A stretch of 64,000 nt of DNA from Hyphomicrobiaceae bacterium (lineage in GTDB: Bacteria; Pseudomonadota; Alphaproteobacteria; Rhizobiales; Hyphomicrobiaceae). The position numbers and the translations under genes were made by a program. The number at the start of each line of letters is the position of its first letter. The first letter of the stretch is position 1. Of the stretch, positions 1 through 10,320 are shown piece by piece. The stretch covers positions 1,534,245-1,598,244 of the forward strand of contig CBDCUC010000040.1 of assembly GCA_965222485.1 (NCBI GenBank), written 5' to 3'. The notes beneath the pieces are model-generated. The model did not search any database. It was not told the DNA's origin and was given only the letters and a program-made list of their open reading frames with translations.

Positions 1-1134
1 GTAGATGTTTCCGTTGCGTTGCGACGCACGTTGGACTCGGGAAACTCTGCCGCGCCTTTCTTGCGCATACCGTTGCAACGCTGCAGGGACAGTGCACATG
101 GCAGGAGTTGAAGATCTCGTGCGCTGTTCCTGTTTCCCGATGCAGGCGGCTAAGCAACTGGCCATGACATCTGCATCTTCGATGGCCATTACGGCGCCCT
201 GGGCGAGAAACGGCAATATGGGGTGCGCCGCATCACCCAACAACGCTACGTTGCCGCGCGACCAAGTCGAATTGGGTGCGGTGTCTTCATAAAGCGCCCA
301 CTTGCGCCAGGATGTGGCACCTTCGAGTAACTTGCGAAGCAGTGGCGGGCACCACGGCGTACCATTCGTAATCCATGCCGGTTCGACATTGCTGTTCCAA
401 CCCGGTTCGCGCTTGTGATCTTCCAATATCACGACAATCGCGAGCTCGGTGTGTTGCCGGACCGGGTAATGGACGATGTGTGCGTGCGGTGCGAGCCAGA
501 CAGTTGTGTGGTGAAGTGAAATCTCCGCAGGGACGTCCTCAGCTGGAATGACCGTGCGTGCAGCACTCTTGCCGCTGTATCTAAGTTCGCCGCTATCTGT
601 GCCGGCACGACGGATAATGTTGCGGTGTCCTGACCACAGGCCATCTGCGCATATAACGGCCGCCCCTTCCAATGTGTGTCCATCGGCGGTTGTTACAGTT
701 GCGGGCGCATCGCCTGTTGTCTGCGGTGCAATTTGCACAACCTCGCACTGGGTTGTGATGTTGATTTTTGGGTTGTCGTTTGCTGCTGAGGCAAGTGCGG
801 CATGCAAATCCGCACGATGTGCCACCCAGTAAGGAGCCCCATGTCGCTTTTCTATCCATTTGCCGAGGGGTGCCTCGGTCAGGACTTTCGCGCTGATGCC
901 GTCAATCACACGAATGGCTTCAGGCGTTGCGATTTTGTCCGCAAGCCAGGGCGCGACACCTAGGTCTTTAAGGATGCGGGTTCCATTGGGACCGATCTGG
1001 ATTCCGGCGCCGGCTTCATCGACCAATTCGCGCCGCTCGAAAACTTGAGATTCTATGCCGTGGCGAGCCAAAGCCAAGGCTGCCGAAAGACCGCCAATTC
1101 CAGCACCTATGATTATGACGCTGTGGTCCTGCAT
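1..1134 (-). CDS. FAD-dependent aromatic monooxygenase (salicylate/3-hydroxybenzoate hydroxylase-like); C-terminus runs off the left window edge
   Basis: The minus frame is open from ATG (complement of 1132-1134) to position 1. The N-terminus is MQDHSVIIIGAGIGGLSAALALARHG (GxGxxG Rossmann FAD fold). Further in come ICADGLWSGHR and LLGDAAHPILPFLAQGAVMAIEDA (GDAAH FAD-contact motif). It is absent from the ORF track only because it has no in-window stop. Confidence 0.75.
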   Translation of the reverse strand, partial: MQDHSVIIIGAGIGGLSAALALARHGIESQVFERRELVDEAGAGIQIGPNGTRILKDLGVAPWLADKIATPEAIRVIDGISAKVLTEAPLGKWIEKRHGAPYWVAHRADLHAALASAANDNPKINITTQCEVVQIAPQTTGDAPATVTTADGHTLEGAAVICADGLWSGHRNIIRRAGTDSGELRYSGKSAARTVIPAEDVPAEISLHHTTVWLAPHAHIVHYPVRQHTELAIVVILEDHKREPGWNSNVEPAWITNGTPWCPPLLRKLLEGATSWRKWALYEDTAPNSTWSRGNVALLGDAAHPILPFLAQGAVMAIEDADVMASCLAACIGKQEQRTRSSTPAMCTVPAALQRYAQERRGRVSRVQRASQRNGNIY

Positions 1135-1183
1135 GGATTGTCAGGCAAGGTTGGCGCCAGCACGCGAGGCTTTACGGTCAGGG

Positions 1184-1438
1184 CTAGGCTGCATCGTCTT
1201 GAGCGGGATTGGCGACGCAACCGGGTGGCTCGGATTCGTCAGCCTGCAGGCGCGGGTCATGGATGTAAAGCGTTGAACAGTACGGGCACAATGCCTGAGC
1301 GTCGCTGCCCATATCCAGGTAGATATGGGGGTGGTCAAAGGGCGGGCGCGCGCCCATGCACTTGAACTCCTTCACGCCGACAAAAATTTTCTCAACGCCC
1401 GTGTCATTTGCCAGATAGGGGACCAAGGATTTGGCCAT
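1184..1438 (-). CDS. zf-CHCC (NDUFS6-like zinc-finger) small protein
   Basis: An 84 aa ORF with the CPYC...C/H pattern (ARPPFDHPHIYLDMGSDAQALCPYCSTLY) typical of zf-CHCC proteins. AGGTGA lies upstream of the ATG. It sits 49 bp upstream of the monooxygenase on the same strand. Confidence 0.65.
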   Translation of the reverse strand: MAKSLVPYLANDTGVEKIFVGVKEFKCMGARPPFDHPHIYLDMGSDAQALCPYCSTLYIHDPRLQADESEPPGCVANPAQDDAA

Positions 1439-1575
1439 CGTTTTGCGCTCACCTCATTGATTTTGTCTGGTCGGCACGATAGCCGCGCGGATTAAGAAAT
1501 GATAGGGGGGTGTGGCGCCATGCCGGACGCCATTAGGGCGTTTGCCAGAATACATATGAGGACGCCAAGAACAGT

Positions 1576-2328
1576 ATGCAGCACTTTAATTCAGATGGGG
1601 TAGAGATCGCCTATGTCGATGAGGGAGCCGGCCCGCCAATTCTTTTGATCCATGGTTTTGCTTCGCATATCGGAATGAATTGGCGAACACCGGGCTGGAT
1701 CACAACACTGGTGGATGCAGGCTACCGTGTTGTTGCGTTCGACAACCGAGGGCATGGGCAAAGCCAGAAGCTTTATGATCTGGATAAGTATGGTGCGCCG
1801 ATCATGGCGGAGGATGCGCGGCGCCTACTTGATCACCTTGCGATCGAGTCGGCAGACGTGATGGGCTATTCCATGGGCGCACGCATTACCGCTTTTCTTG
1901 CCATGCGCCATCGTGAGCGCGTCAGGCGGATCGTGTTTGGTGGGCTTGGCTACAACATGGTGCGCGGTATGGCTGGGACGGGGCCGATTGCGCATGCGCT
2001 TGAAGCAGCAAGTATCGATGAGGTGACCAACCCCACTGCCCGGACCTTCCGGGCATTCGCCGAGCAAACCAAAAGCGACTTAAAAGCGCTCGCCGCCTGT
2101 ATACGGTCATCGCGGGATCCGATTTCGGTTGAAGACTTGCGCACGTTGGACGTTCCGGTGCTCGTCGCTGTCGGTTCTGAGGATGTGGTAGGCGGGCCGG
2201 CTCAAAAGCTTGCCGATCTACTGCCGAATGGGCAAGCGTTTGAGATTGAGGGCCGCGACCACATGAAGGCGGTCGGCGATGAGCGTTACAAACAAGCGGT
2301 GTTGGAATTCCTAAAAACCAACGCGTGA
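1576..2328 (+). CDS. alpha/beta-fold hydrolase
   Basis: A 250 aa protein with the HGFASH oxyanion-hole region followed by the GYSMGA nucleophile elbow (GxSxG). The architecture is typical of an alpha/beta hydrolase. Confidence 0.8.
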   Translation: MQHFNSDGVEIAYVDEGAGPPILLIHGFASHIGMNWRTPGWITTLVDAGYRVVAFDNRGHGQSQKLYDLDKYGAPIMAEDARRLLDHLAIESADVMGYSMGARITAFLAMRHRERVRRIVFGGLGYNMVRGMAGTGPIAHALEAASIDEVTNPTARTFRAFAEQTKSDLKALAACIRSSRDPISVEDLRTLDVPVLVAVGSEDVVGGPAQKLADLLPNGQAFEIEGRDHMKAVGDERYKQAVLEFLKTNA

Positions 2329-3047
2329 TGGTGTTGTGTGTGCCTGGTACGTCTGGCTGCGCACGCATCAAGGCTCCGACCAGGCAACATCTGCACCTGA
2401 AAGGACGAACGCGGGGTTGTCGGAGGTGCAAATGAGGCAAACAGTCGGAGCCTCAAAGTTATGCAATCTACTCGGTACGCAAAACACTCTTACTCACGCG
2501 CCCAAACGACAAATAACCGGCTATGCCACATTACGCACACAATCGTTTGGACCGCCCTATAAATAACAGAGTTTGACGTGTTGAGTCTTGTTCACTCCGC
2601 GTGCATCAGACGTCGGCCTGTGGATAACTTGGTCCGGGTTTTCTCTTATCGTGATGGCTATGCTTGATATTTCAGGTCCGCGGTTTTCGCGTTGGGATTG
2701 ATTCGGCACCCGAAATCTCATCCGCTCGATTGTATGGAATTCTTCGCGGGCAATTTGGCACTGGGGTGTGGATGCCACACTGTGTCACCGGCGTATACGC
2801 GGCTTCATAGCAGTGGTCGCTGCTCGTACGGCCACTCGCCCAAGACCTCTGGGGTATGCCCGTCACGTCATGCGGTCAGTGGTCGGTGAAGCGCGGGGCT
2901 CGTCGCCAAACTTATTCTCAAAAATGCCCAATTGCTGCCTGTCCGACCGCTGAATGGCGCCGGGTTTGTGCCGGAGGTTTGCGTGTATTCGGGCGCAAGG
3001 GGGGTGTTCATCGGATATTAGGCTTAACGGCGGTACTCTTTCCAGTT

Positions 3048-3725
3048 ATGTATTCAGTATACGCACGTATTTTCGTTCCCGCCTGTTTGGTATTCGTTCT
3101 TTGGGGCTGCAGCACCGCCACAGGGCCGACTTTTGTTGCAAAACGCGAGCCTTGGAGGGCTCAAACCGAGCGGGCTTGTCTTAATTCGGGGTTGGTGCAG
3201 GAGAGCAGGTTCCTGCGTAGCAGGTCCAGTCTTGGCGGCCCCGCCGTATGCGGCGCATTGCGGCCTTTTGAGATGTCCGCCGCCGACCGCGGACGCGTCG
3301 CATTGAAGCCCAGGGCGCTCGTACGCTGTCCGATGGTTCCCAAAATTGATGAATGGGTTCAGCGCTCGGTTGTTCCGGCTGCACGATATTATTTTGGCCG
3401 GCCGGTGGTGGAAGTGAAGGTTGCGGCGTCCTATTCCTGCCGCCCGATCAATCACAAGCGCGGCGCGCGACTATCCGAACACGGATACGCGAATGCGCTG
3501 GACGTCTCAGCCTTTATTCTCGCAGACGGCCGCAAGATCACGGTGAAGGACGGTTGGCGTGGGAACCGGGCAGAAGGTGCATTCCTTCGCGACGTGCATC
3601 GGGCAGCGTGCGAGACATTCACGACGGTATTAGGTCCCAACTACGATCGTTATCATCACGATCACTTCCACCTTGACCTGGCGCGCCGGCGCATTCGGTC
3701 AGGATATAAGCGCGTGTGCAAGTAG
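3048..3725 (+). CDS. extensin-like C-terminal domain lipoprotein
   Basis: The C-terminal part CRPINHKRGARLSEHGYANALDVSAFILADGRKITV...LGPNYDRYHHDHFHLDL matches the conserved extensin-like_C signature. An internal Met at 3048 precedes a lipobox signal peptide (LVFVLWGCS). The upstream part of the listed ORF (2856-3047) looks non-coding. Confidence 0.65.
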   Translation: MYSVYARIFVPACLVFVLWGCSTATGPTFVAKREPWRAQTERACLNSGLVQESRFLRSRSSLGGPAVCGALRPFEMSAADRGRVALKPRALVRCPMVPKIDEWVQRSVVPAARYYFGRPVVEVKVAASYSCRPINHKRGARLSEHGYANALDVSAFILADGRKITVKDGWRGNRAEGAFLRDVHRAACETFTTVLGPNYDRYHHDHFHLDLARRRIRSGYKRVCK

Positions 3726-3742
3726 TTTTGCTCTCAGGCAGT

Positions 3743-4351
3743 TTAGTCTGCATGTTGGATAACGGAGAATGCACCACGAAGATCGCCGGACTTAAATCCC
3801 GTTGCTTGGTCCTCCGGGTAGAGCTGCTTGAGCGTTACAACCAATTTCGGGTCGAGGTTGCTGCCATGGCACGTGAGGCACGGTTTCTCGGCTGTCGGAA
3901 TGGCCTTCATGTAGCGAAACACTTTACGATCGCCCATCGTGACGAATTCGGAGTGCTCCAGCTTATTGGCCGGTTCACCTGCTCTTAGTCTCTCAATGAA
4001 TGTCTGAAGCGCGCGCCGTTCAAATTCGTCCGGCGCGTTGTCTGGGTTGCGCAGACGAAGGGCGGTGCGGCGGATGGTCAGTTTTCGTTGCGCGGAGTGT
4101 TTGCGTGCAATTTCGGGGGCAATGGTCTTGCAAACACTGACGGCGTCCGACGGGCTTCCGGTGGTAAGCGCTTTGCCCAAGTTCTTTTTCAATTCCGAGG
4201 CGACGGCTTTGACTGCTTGTCGTGCGGTTGCGGTCAATTGTTCCGCGCTACTTACGGACTTGTTGTTTTCATTTGCGGACACACCGGCGCTGAGGCCGAA
4301 CATGATGACAACTACCGTAGTGAGGATATGCGTTTTCACCATTTGCGTCAC
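3743..4351 (-). CDS. DUF3365-like periplasmic c-type haem protein
   Basis: A 202 aa protein with an N-terminal signal peptide and a single CLTCHG (CxxCH) haem-binding motif near the C-terminus. Overall layout resembles the DUF3365/Tll0287 family. Confidence 0.55.
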   Translation of the reverse strand: MTQMVKTHILTTVVVIMFGLSAGVSANENNKSVSSAEQLTATARQAVKAVASELKKNLGKALTTGSPSDAVSVCKTIAPEIARKHSAQRKLTIRRTALRLRNPDNAPDEFERRALQTFIERLRAGEPANKLEHSEFVTMGDRKVFRYMKAIPTAEKPCLTCHGSNLDPKLVVTLKQLYPEDQATGFKSGDLRGAFSVIQHAD

Positions 4352-4479
4352 TTACCTCGTTCGACCTGTGAATCAGCAGCCATTGACCGATAATTTCATG
4401 TCAGTTTGGCATTGTTGAGGATAGTAAAGGTCTCGCGAGCGATTGACCCTAACACAACTGACGCAAAGTTTAGCGCAGT

Positions 4480-7400
4480 TCACGCCTTGCCATAGCCACC
4501 GCCCGTGGGTGTCTGGACTATCAGTCTGTCGCCAGGCTGCATATGCGTTTGATCGCAGCCCTTTAGCTTTTCCACCTTTCCATCGTGCCGCTCAACCGAG
4601 TTCAGTCCCGTTTGGCCTGGCTCTCCTCCTTTAAGCCCGAATGGGGCGACAACGCGTGAGCTCGTCAGTAGGGCGCACTGCATTGGCTCCAGAAAGCGGA
4701 TTGCGCGACGGACGCCATCACCACTTGTGTGGCGGCCACGGCCACCGGAGCCGCGACGTATCGAAAACTCGTCGAGGATAACGGGATAGCGCAACTCAAG
4801 TATTTCCGGGTCCGTGAGGCGTGAGTTTGTCATATGCACGTGGACGGCGGTGGCGCCATCGAAGCCGGGGCCTGCAGGCGCGCCGGAACAAATCGTTTCA
4901 TAGTATTGACGTTTCTCATCACCGAAGGTGACATTGTTCATGGTACCCTGCGTGGAGCTCAATGCGCCAAGGGCAGCAAACAGGCAGTTGACGACCATCT
5001 GGCTTGTTTCCACGTTGCCGGCGACAACGGCAGCAGGGTAACGCGGGGAGAGCATCGATCCGGGTGGGATATTGATGCGGATCGGCTTCAGGCAGCCTGC
5101 ATTCATGGGAATGGGTGCATCGACCAAGACGCGGAACACGTACAGAACCGCGGCGCGCGTCACAGGCTCAGGCGCGTTGTAATTGTTAGAGCGCGCTGGG
5201 GACGTTCCGGCAAAGTCGACGGTTGCTTCTTTGCGTTCGCGATCAACGGTGATCTTCACGGCGATCGTGGCACCGTCGTCCGTCGTTAGTTCAAAGCTTC
5301 CGTCGTCGAGCTTTGAGATGAGCGAGCGAACGCTTTCTTCCGCTCCGTCCTGTACGTGCTGCATGTAGGCCTTGACGACATCAGTGCCGAAGTGGGCCAG
5401 CATTTTTTTTATCTCGGCAATACCGCGTGCATTGGCCGATACCTGGGCTTTTAGATCAGCGATATTCTTGTGGGGCTGGCGCGCGGGATAATCGCCCGAC
5501 GTCAGAAGATCCAGGGTTTCACGTTCACAAAATTGGCCTGCGTCGACCAGCTTGAAGTTATCGATATAGACCCCTTCTTGCGCGATGTTTGTTGCGCGTG
5601 GCGTCATTGAGCCGGGGGTCAGCCCGCCGATGTCTTCATGATGGCCGCGGCTCGCCACATAGAACAGGACTGAGGTACCATCTTCGTCAAACACCGGCGT
5701 CACTACAGTAATGTCCGGTAAGTGCGTGCCGCCGTTATAGGGCGCATTCAGCATGAAGGCATCGCCGGGTTTCATGTCGCCTGCGCGCTCGCGAATAACC
5801 GTCATGACGGATGCGTCCATGGATCCTAAATGTACGGGCATGTGCGGGGCGTTGGCCACCAGAGCGCCGTTGGGATCGAAGATGGCGCAGGAAAAATCAA
5901 GCCGCTCTTTAATGTTTACAGACTGAGCAGTGTTGCGCAGAGATTCTCCCATCTGTTCGGCGACGGCCATGAAGAGATTGTTGAACACTTCAAGCAGAAC
6001 GGGATCGCGGGTTGTTGCCAATTGTTCAGATGTGCGTGGCGTCGTACGGGTCAGGATGAGATCGTTATGCTTTGAAACCTCGAGGCCCCAGTTGGGTTCC
6101 ACAACGATTGTCTGGTTCGGTTCGATGACGATTGCGGGACCCGTTATCGTGCAGCCGGGCTTGAGATCGCCACGCTGCCAAATGCTGGCATCATGCCATC
6201 GGCCTTGCGAGAAAAAGCGAATTTCTTGGGCCGCGGCATGGGGGGGTGCGTCCTTGGCCGGTGCCGTGTCGGTATCGGTCTTGTCTGCCGGCTCTGGCGT
6301 TGCCTCGTGACCACCGCCAAGTGCCTCCACTTCGAGCGTTGCGACAATCAGGCGTTTCTCTGGTGTCAGAAAGCCGTAGCGCTGAGCGTGAAGGGTTTCG
6401 AAGTCGCGGCGCATCAGTCCCGGCTCTGACAACTCGACAGCTATCGCCGTGTCGGAGCCCTCATAGCGAAGATGCAAGTGCGAGGTAATCGCGATGTCGT
6501 TGTGGTCTACGCCCTCGTCCAGCAATTCGTCGGTGACCGCGTTGCCAAGTTTCCACGCCATGTCTTCAATGTGGGTCATGGCGGAGTGATCGAGCTGTAA
6601 TTCGATGGAGTGTTCGCGGCTTGCGCGCAGGTCCGCCAATCCCATTCCATAGGCTGATAACAAGCCGGAAAGCGGATGGATGAGAACCTTGTCGATGCCA
6701 AGCCGGTCTGCAATCAGGCAGGCGTGCTGACCGCCCGCGGCTCCGAAGCAATTCAAGACATAGCGTGTGACGTCATACCCGCGCTCAACAGAAATGCGTT
6801 TGATGGCGTTGGCCATGTTCTCAACGGCAATTCGGATAAAGCCGTCCGCCACTTCTTCGGGTGCTCGGCCATCACCGGTTTTATCCGATAAGTCGGCAAA
6901 GGCACTGCGCACGCACTCAGCATCGAGCGGTTCTTTACCGCTCTGTCCAAATATGGCCGGGAACTGATCAGGCCTTAATTTGCCTAGGCAGACGTTGGCG
7001 TCCGTTACTGTCAAAGGTCCGCCGCGTCTGTAGCTCTTTGGACCTGGGTCGGCGCCGGCGCTTTCGGGACCAACGCGAAATCGTTGGCCGTCGAAATCCA
7101 GAATAGAGCCGCCGCCTGCTGCCACTGTGTGAATGCGCAGCATTGGAACGCGCAAACGGACGCCTGCAGCTTCGGTTTCTAGCGAGCGTTCATACGTTCC
7201 TGCGAAGTGCGAGACGTCGGTTGAGGTGCCGCCCATGTCGAAGCCTATGACCCTGTCAAATCCCGCCGCCGCCGCGGTCTCGGCCATGCCGACTACACCA
7301 CCAGCCGGTCCGGAGAGGATTGCGTCGCGGCCCTGGAACAGGTTGGCGGATTTGAGGCCGCCGGAAGACGCCATGAAAAAAATGCGCGGAGCCTCTGTTG

Positions 7401-8172
7401 AGCGGTCGGCACGATCTGCCGCGTCGTCGCTTTTTTTGTCTGCCAAGGCGGCAATGACGCGATCGACGTAGGTGCGCAATACCGGGGAGAGATAAGCATC
7501 GGCAACTGTGGTGTCGCCGCGGCCAACGAGCTTGATGAGGGCGGAGACCTCGTGGCTTGCGGAGATTTGTTCGAACCCGGTGTCGCGGGCGATCTTCACA
7601 GCCAAACTTTCGTGCTGTGGGTATGCATAGGAGTTCATCAAGACAATTGCCACAGAGGTGATGCCGTCCGCGCGCGCGTTAAGCAGTGCTTGCCTAAGGT
7701 CGTCGGTATCTAGTGGCCGTTCCACGGTGCCGTCGGCCCGGATGCGTTCGCGTGCACCGATTACGCGGGTATAAAGCATGTCCGGTTTGATGATCTGTTT
7801 GGCGAAAATGTCGGAGCGGGCCTGGTAGCCGATCTCCAGTTGGTCTTGCAGGCCGTCGGTGATGACAAGGGCGGTGGGTGTACCTTTGCGTTCAAGCAAG
7901 GCGTTGGTTGCAACGGTGGTTCCCATTTTGACGACCGCGATTTCACTGCCCGGGATGCTGTGGCCAGGCGCGACACCGAGCAAGCGTCGAATTCCCTCTA
8001 CTGCAGCGTCTTCATAATGGTCAGGTGCGTGCGACAAGAGTTTTTTTGCGTGCAGGCGGCCGTCGGGGCTGCGTGCGACAAGGTCGGTGAAGGTGCCGCC
8101 ACGATCGATCCAAAAGCTCCACTTTGTGGAGTGTTGGTTTTGTGAGGATTTGTTTTCGGTAGCTGCGCCCAT
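4480..8172 (-). CDS. 5-oxoprolinase (ATP-hydrolysing); fused hydantoinase A (N-terminal) and hydantoinase B (C-terminal) domains
   Basis: One continuous 1230 aa frame. The N-terminal half carries the HyuA-like acetone-carboxylase/hydantoinase ATPase fold ([10 protein letters not shown]..., [10 protein letters not shown]). The C-terminal half is HyuB-like (...[10 protein letters not shown]..., [15 protein letters not shown]). The likely start is the ATG at 8172, with GGAGA 10 nt upstream, rather than the ORF-track start at 8304. Confidence 0.85.
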   Translation of the reverse strand: MGAATENKSSQNQHSTKWSFWIDRGGTFTDLVARSPDGRLHAKKLLSHAPDHYEDAAVEGIRRLLGVAPGHSIPGSEIAVVKMGTTVATNALLERKGTPTALVITDGLQDQLEIGYQARSDIFAKQIIKPDMLYTRVIGARERIRADGTVERPLDTDDLRQALLNARADGITSVAIVLMNSYAYPQHESLAVKIARDTGFEQISASHEVSALIKLVGRGDTTVADAYLSPVLRTYVDRVIAALADKKSDDAADRADRSTEAPRIFFMASSGGLKSANLFQGRDAILSGPAGGVVGMAETAAAAGFDRVIGFDMGGTSTDVSHFAGTYERSLETEAAGVRLRVPMLRIHTVAAGGGSILDFDGQRFRVGPESAGADPGPKSYRRGGPLTVTDANVCLGKLRPDQFPAIFGQSGKEPLDAECVRSAFADLSDKTGDGRAPEEVADGFIRIAVENMANAIKRISVERGYDVTRYVLNCFGAAGGQHACLIADRLGIDKVLIHPLSGLLSAYGMGLADLRASREHSIELQLDHSAMTHIEDMAWKLGNAVTDELLDEGVDHNDIAITSHLHLRYEGSDTAIAVELSEPGLMRRDFETLHAQRYGFLTPEKRLIVATLEVEALGGGHEATPEPADKTDTDTAPAKDAPPHAAAQEIRFFSQGRWHDASIWQRGDLKPGCTITGPAIVIEPNQTIVVEPNWGLEVSKHNDLILTRTTPRTSEQLATTRDPVLLEVFNNLFMAVAEQMGESLRNTAQSVNIKERLDFSCAIFDPNGALVANAPHMPVHLGSMDASVMTVIRERAGDMKPGDAFMLNAPYNGGTHLPDITVVTPVFDEDGTSVLFYVASRGHHEDIGGLTPGSMTPRATNIAQEGVYIDNFKLVDAGQFCERETLDLLTSGDYPARQPHKNIADLKAQVSANARGIAEIKKMLAHFGTDVVKAYMQHVQDGAEESVRSLISKLDDGSFELTTDDGATIAVKITVDRERKEATVDFAGTSPARSNNYNAPEPVTRAAVLYVFRVLVDAPIPMNAGCLKPIRINIPPGSMLSPRYPAAVVAGNVETSQMVVNCLFAALGALSSTQGTMNNVTFGDEKRQYYETICSGAPAGPGFDGATAVHVHMTNSRLTDPEILELRYPVILDEFSIRRGSGGRGRHTSGDGVRRAIRFLEPMQCALLTSSRVVAPFGLKGGEPGQTGLNSVERHDGKVEKLKGCDQTHMQPGDRLIVQTPTGGGYGKA

Positions 8173-8860
8173 GTGGTGCGTTTCTCCGGCGCGGGCAGGG
8201 GGGGACTGGCTGTGGCGCTTGTTTGAGCGTCTGGGCCATGAGCTAACGTTGCCATCGCGCGCCGTCAATGAGTGAGGGCGTGGAAGAACGCGCCAAATGG
8301 GCAATTATTCGTGGAGCTTCTGGGGGACTGGCGACAGGCAACCCAAACGATTGCGAACGGTTGCAATGTTTGTCGTACCTACGACAGACGCTTTGGTCGC
8401 GTATTTCGGCTCAAATTGGGCTCATTTCTCGTCGAACTGCTCAGCTGCGGTCACAGGGATGCTTGGGCAATTCCAACCCGCGTCAACTCCGGTTGCGTGA
8501 GCGGTTGGGCTTTGGTCGCGTTTGCCCAAATACCGAAGGCTGCCGCGGCGGCTATTGCAATCAACAGACTCTTCATTTGCGTTACCTGTCTACTCGCTGC
8601 AGCGCACCATCGTGGTGCATGCATTCTTCCAGGCCGTGCAAATACTTTGCAAGTTTGGCTTGATCTACACAGTGCTCCTGCGGGGCATAATGGTCAAATG
8701 AATCTCGACGCAATATTGTGTGTGTTTGGCCGAAGCTGTGGATGAGTGCAATGTAGGTTTCTGCGAATAGCAGCGCGCACGCATTTATTCGCAGTCTATT
8801 GAGACGGCCTTGCGGATTTTTCGCCGATACGCGAGCCATCGTGTTGGTCGTCGCGTGGTG

Positions 8861-9241
8861 TTATCTAATACGGCGCCAATTGTCGGACTTGCAGATAATG
8901 CCGCCCAAGATACAGCCGCTGAGCGACATTGAGTTGCCGTTGACCTTGACCTTGCCCGAGTAGGTCTGACCATCATCAAGGTTCAGCAGGTTTCCGGTCC
9001 ACGTGTTGGCGCCAGTTTTCTTTGCACCGCACATGATGGTTTTGCCAACCTTCGATGGTGTCTTTGATTTTGTGACGCGCATACCAATGCCGCCGCCGCA
9101 TTTGAACACCTTCACGTGAGCGCCGTTGCTCGGGCGCAGCCAGGTGCCGTAAGGTGAAGCTGCATAGGCCGCTGACGAGGCCACCAGAAAGCCTGCCGCG
9201 AGCGTGGTGCGGACGATAAGGCTCGGCAAGTTCGTATCCAT
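8861..9241 (-). CDS. DUF2147-like secreted protein
   Basis: A signal peptide (LAAGFLVASSAAYAAS) is followed by GTWLRPSNGAHVKVFKCGG...MCGAKKTGANTWTGNLLNLDDGQTYSGKVKV, typical of DUF2147. GGAGGA sits 9 nt upstream of the internal ATG at 9241. Confidence 0.6.
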   Translation of the reverse strand: MDTNLPSLIVRTTLAAGFLVASSAAYAASPYGTWLRPSNGAHVKVFKCGGGIGMRVTKSKTPSKVGKTIMCGAKKTGANTWTGNLLNLDDGQTYSGKVKVNGNSMSLSGCILGGIICKSDNWRRIR

Positions 9242-9567
9242 GTGCGTATCCTCCATGCTATGCGATTGATTGGTCGTGTTTTTTCTGACGTCTCGTGTTA
9301 TCGACCAAATGTGCCCTAACTTATGGTCTCAGATCGATCATGTGAGCGTATCAGTTTAGCGTGGACGTGCAATCGCTGTGCTACTGAATGAGTTTCGGGC
9401 GGGAGGACATGATAAGATGCGGATTGTGCGCATCGCGGCTCTCCGTGGTGCAGCATTGATTTTCTGTAACCGGTGAGCGAAGTGTTGTGCACCTGCGAGA
9501 GGCGGCGTTGGTCGATGTCGGTGCCCTTGTATATCTGTCACTCCAGTTCAACTGCTAGGCCTGATTA

Positions 9568-10311
9568 ATGTCTTGGAATGTGTTCTCAGCCGTGTCGGAA
9601 ATGAAAGAGCGACCAGGCCTGAGGGGCTTGTGGTCAAGATTGACAAGCCTTCTATCTGGTTTGTGGCCGCGCGATTTTCGCCACCAACGTGGCCGGCGTT
9701 TACAGCCGTCTTATGCCCGGCCCGACAAGCAGGTCGCTTTCACCATTGCGTTGGTTGGTTTGGCGGCAAAGCTTGCAAAGGCGGACGGGGTTGCAGTGGA
9801 GGTTGAGGCGCAAGCCTTCCAGGGCTGCTTTTATGTGCCTGAGAACGAGCGTGCCAACATCAAGAGGATGTATGACCTGGCGGCGAAGGATACGACAGGG
9901 TTTGACGTCTATGCCGATAGGATTGCGAATTTGCTGGCTGAGGACCGACCACTCTTAAAGGATGTTTTCGAGTGCCTGTTTAACATTGCAGCCGCAGACG
10001 GAATTTTGCACGAGGCCGAAGAGAGTTTTCTCAAGACGGTTGCTGACAAATTTGGGCTCGACAGGCATGAGTATCTTTCGATCCGGCATTTGTTCGTGCG
10101 CGATCCGGCAAGCCCCTATGAGATCCTGGACGTCGATCCTTCGATTTCGGATGCGGAGCTGAAAGCGCACCACCGGCGGCTGGTGCGCGAAAACCACCCA
10201 GACAAATTGGTGGCTGAAGGCGTGCCGGAAGAGTTTCTTGTGTTGGCCGACCGTAAACTGGCCGCGATCAATGCCGCTTATGATGAAATTCGCCAGATGC
10301 GCGGGCTGTGA
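9568..10311 (+). CDS. DjlA-like co-chaperone: TerB-like domain plus C-terminal J domain
   Basis: The C-terminus YEILDVDPSISDAELKAHHRRLVRENHPDKL carries the J-domain HPD motif. The central region resembles the TerB-like domain of DjlA. No N-terminal transmembrane helix is evident. Confidence 0.75.
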   Translation: MSWNVFSAVSEMKERPGLRGLWSRLTSLLSGLWPRDFRHQRGRRLQPSYARPDKQVAFTIALVGLAAKLAKADGVAVEVEAQAFQGCFYVPENERANIKRMYDLAAKDTTGFDVYADRIANLLAEDRPLLKDVFECLFNIAAADGILHEAEESFLKTVADKFGLDRHEYLSIRHLFVRDPASPYEILDVDPSISDAELKAHHRRLVRENHPDKLVAEGVPEEFLVLADRKLAAINAAYDEIRQMRGL

Positions 10312-10320
10312 ACGAAACAG

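Noticed and set aside
2856-3047. Upstream 64 codons of the extensin-like ORF
   Set aside because: A lipoprotein signal peptide begins at the internal Met (3048). The upstream part has no RBS context and a Cys/Arg-rich composition atypical of coding sequence.
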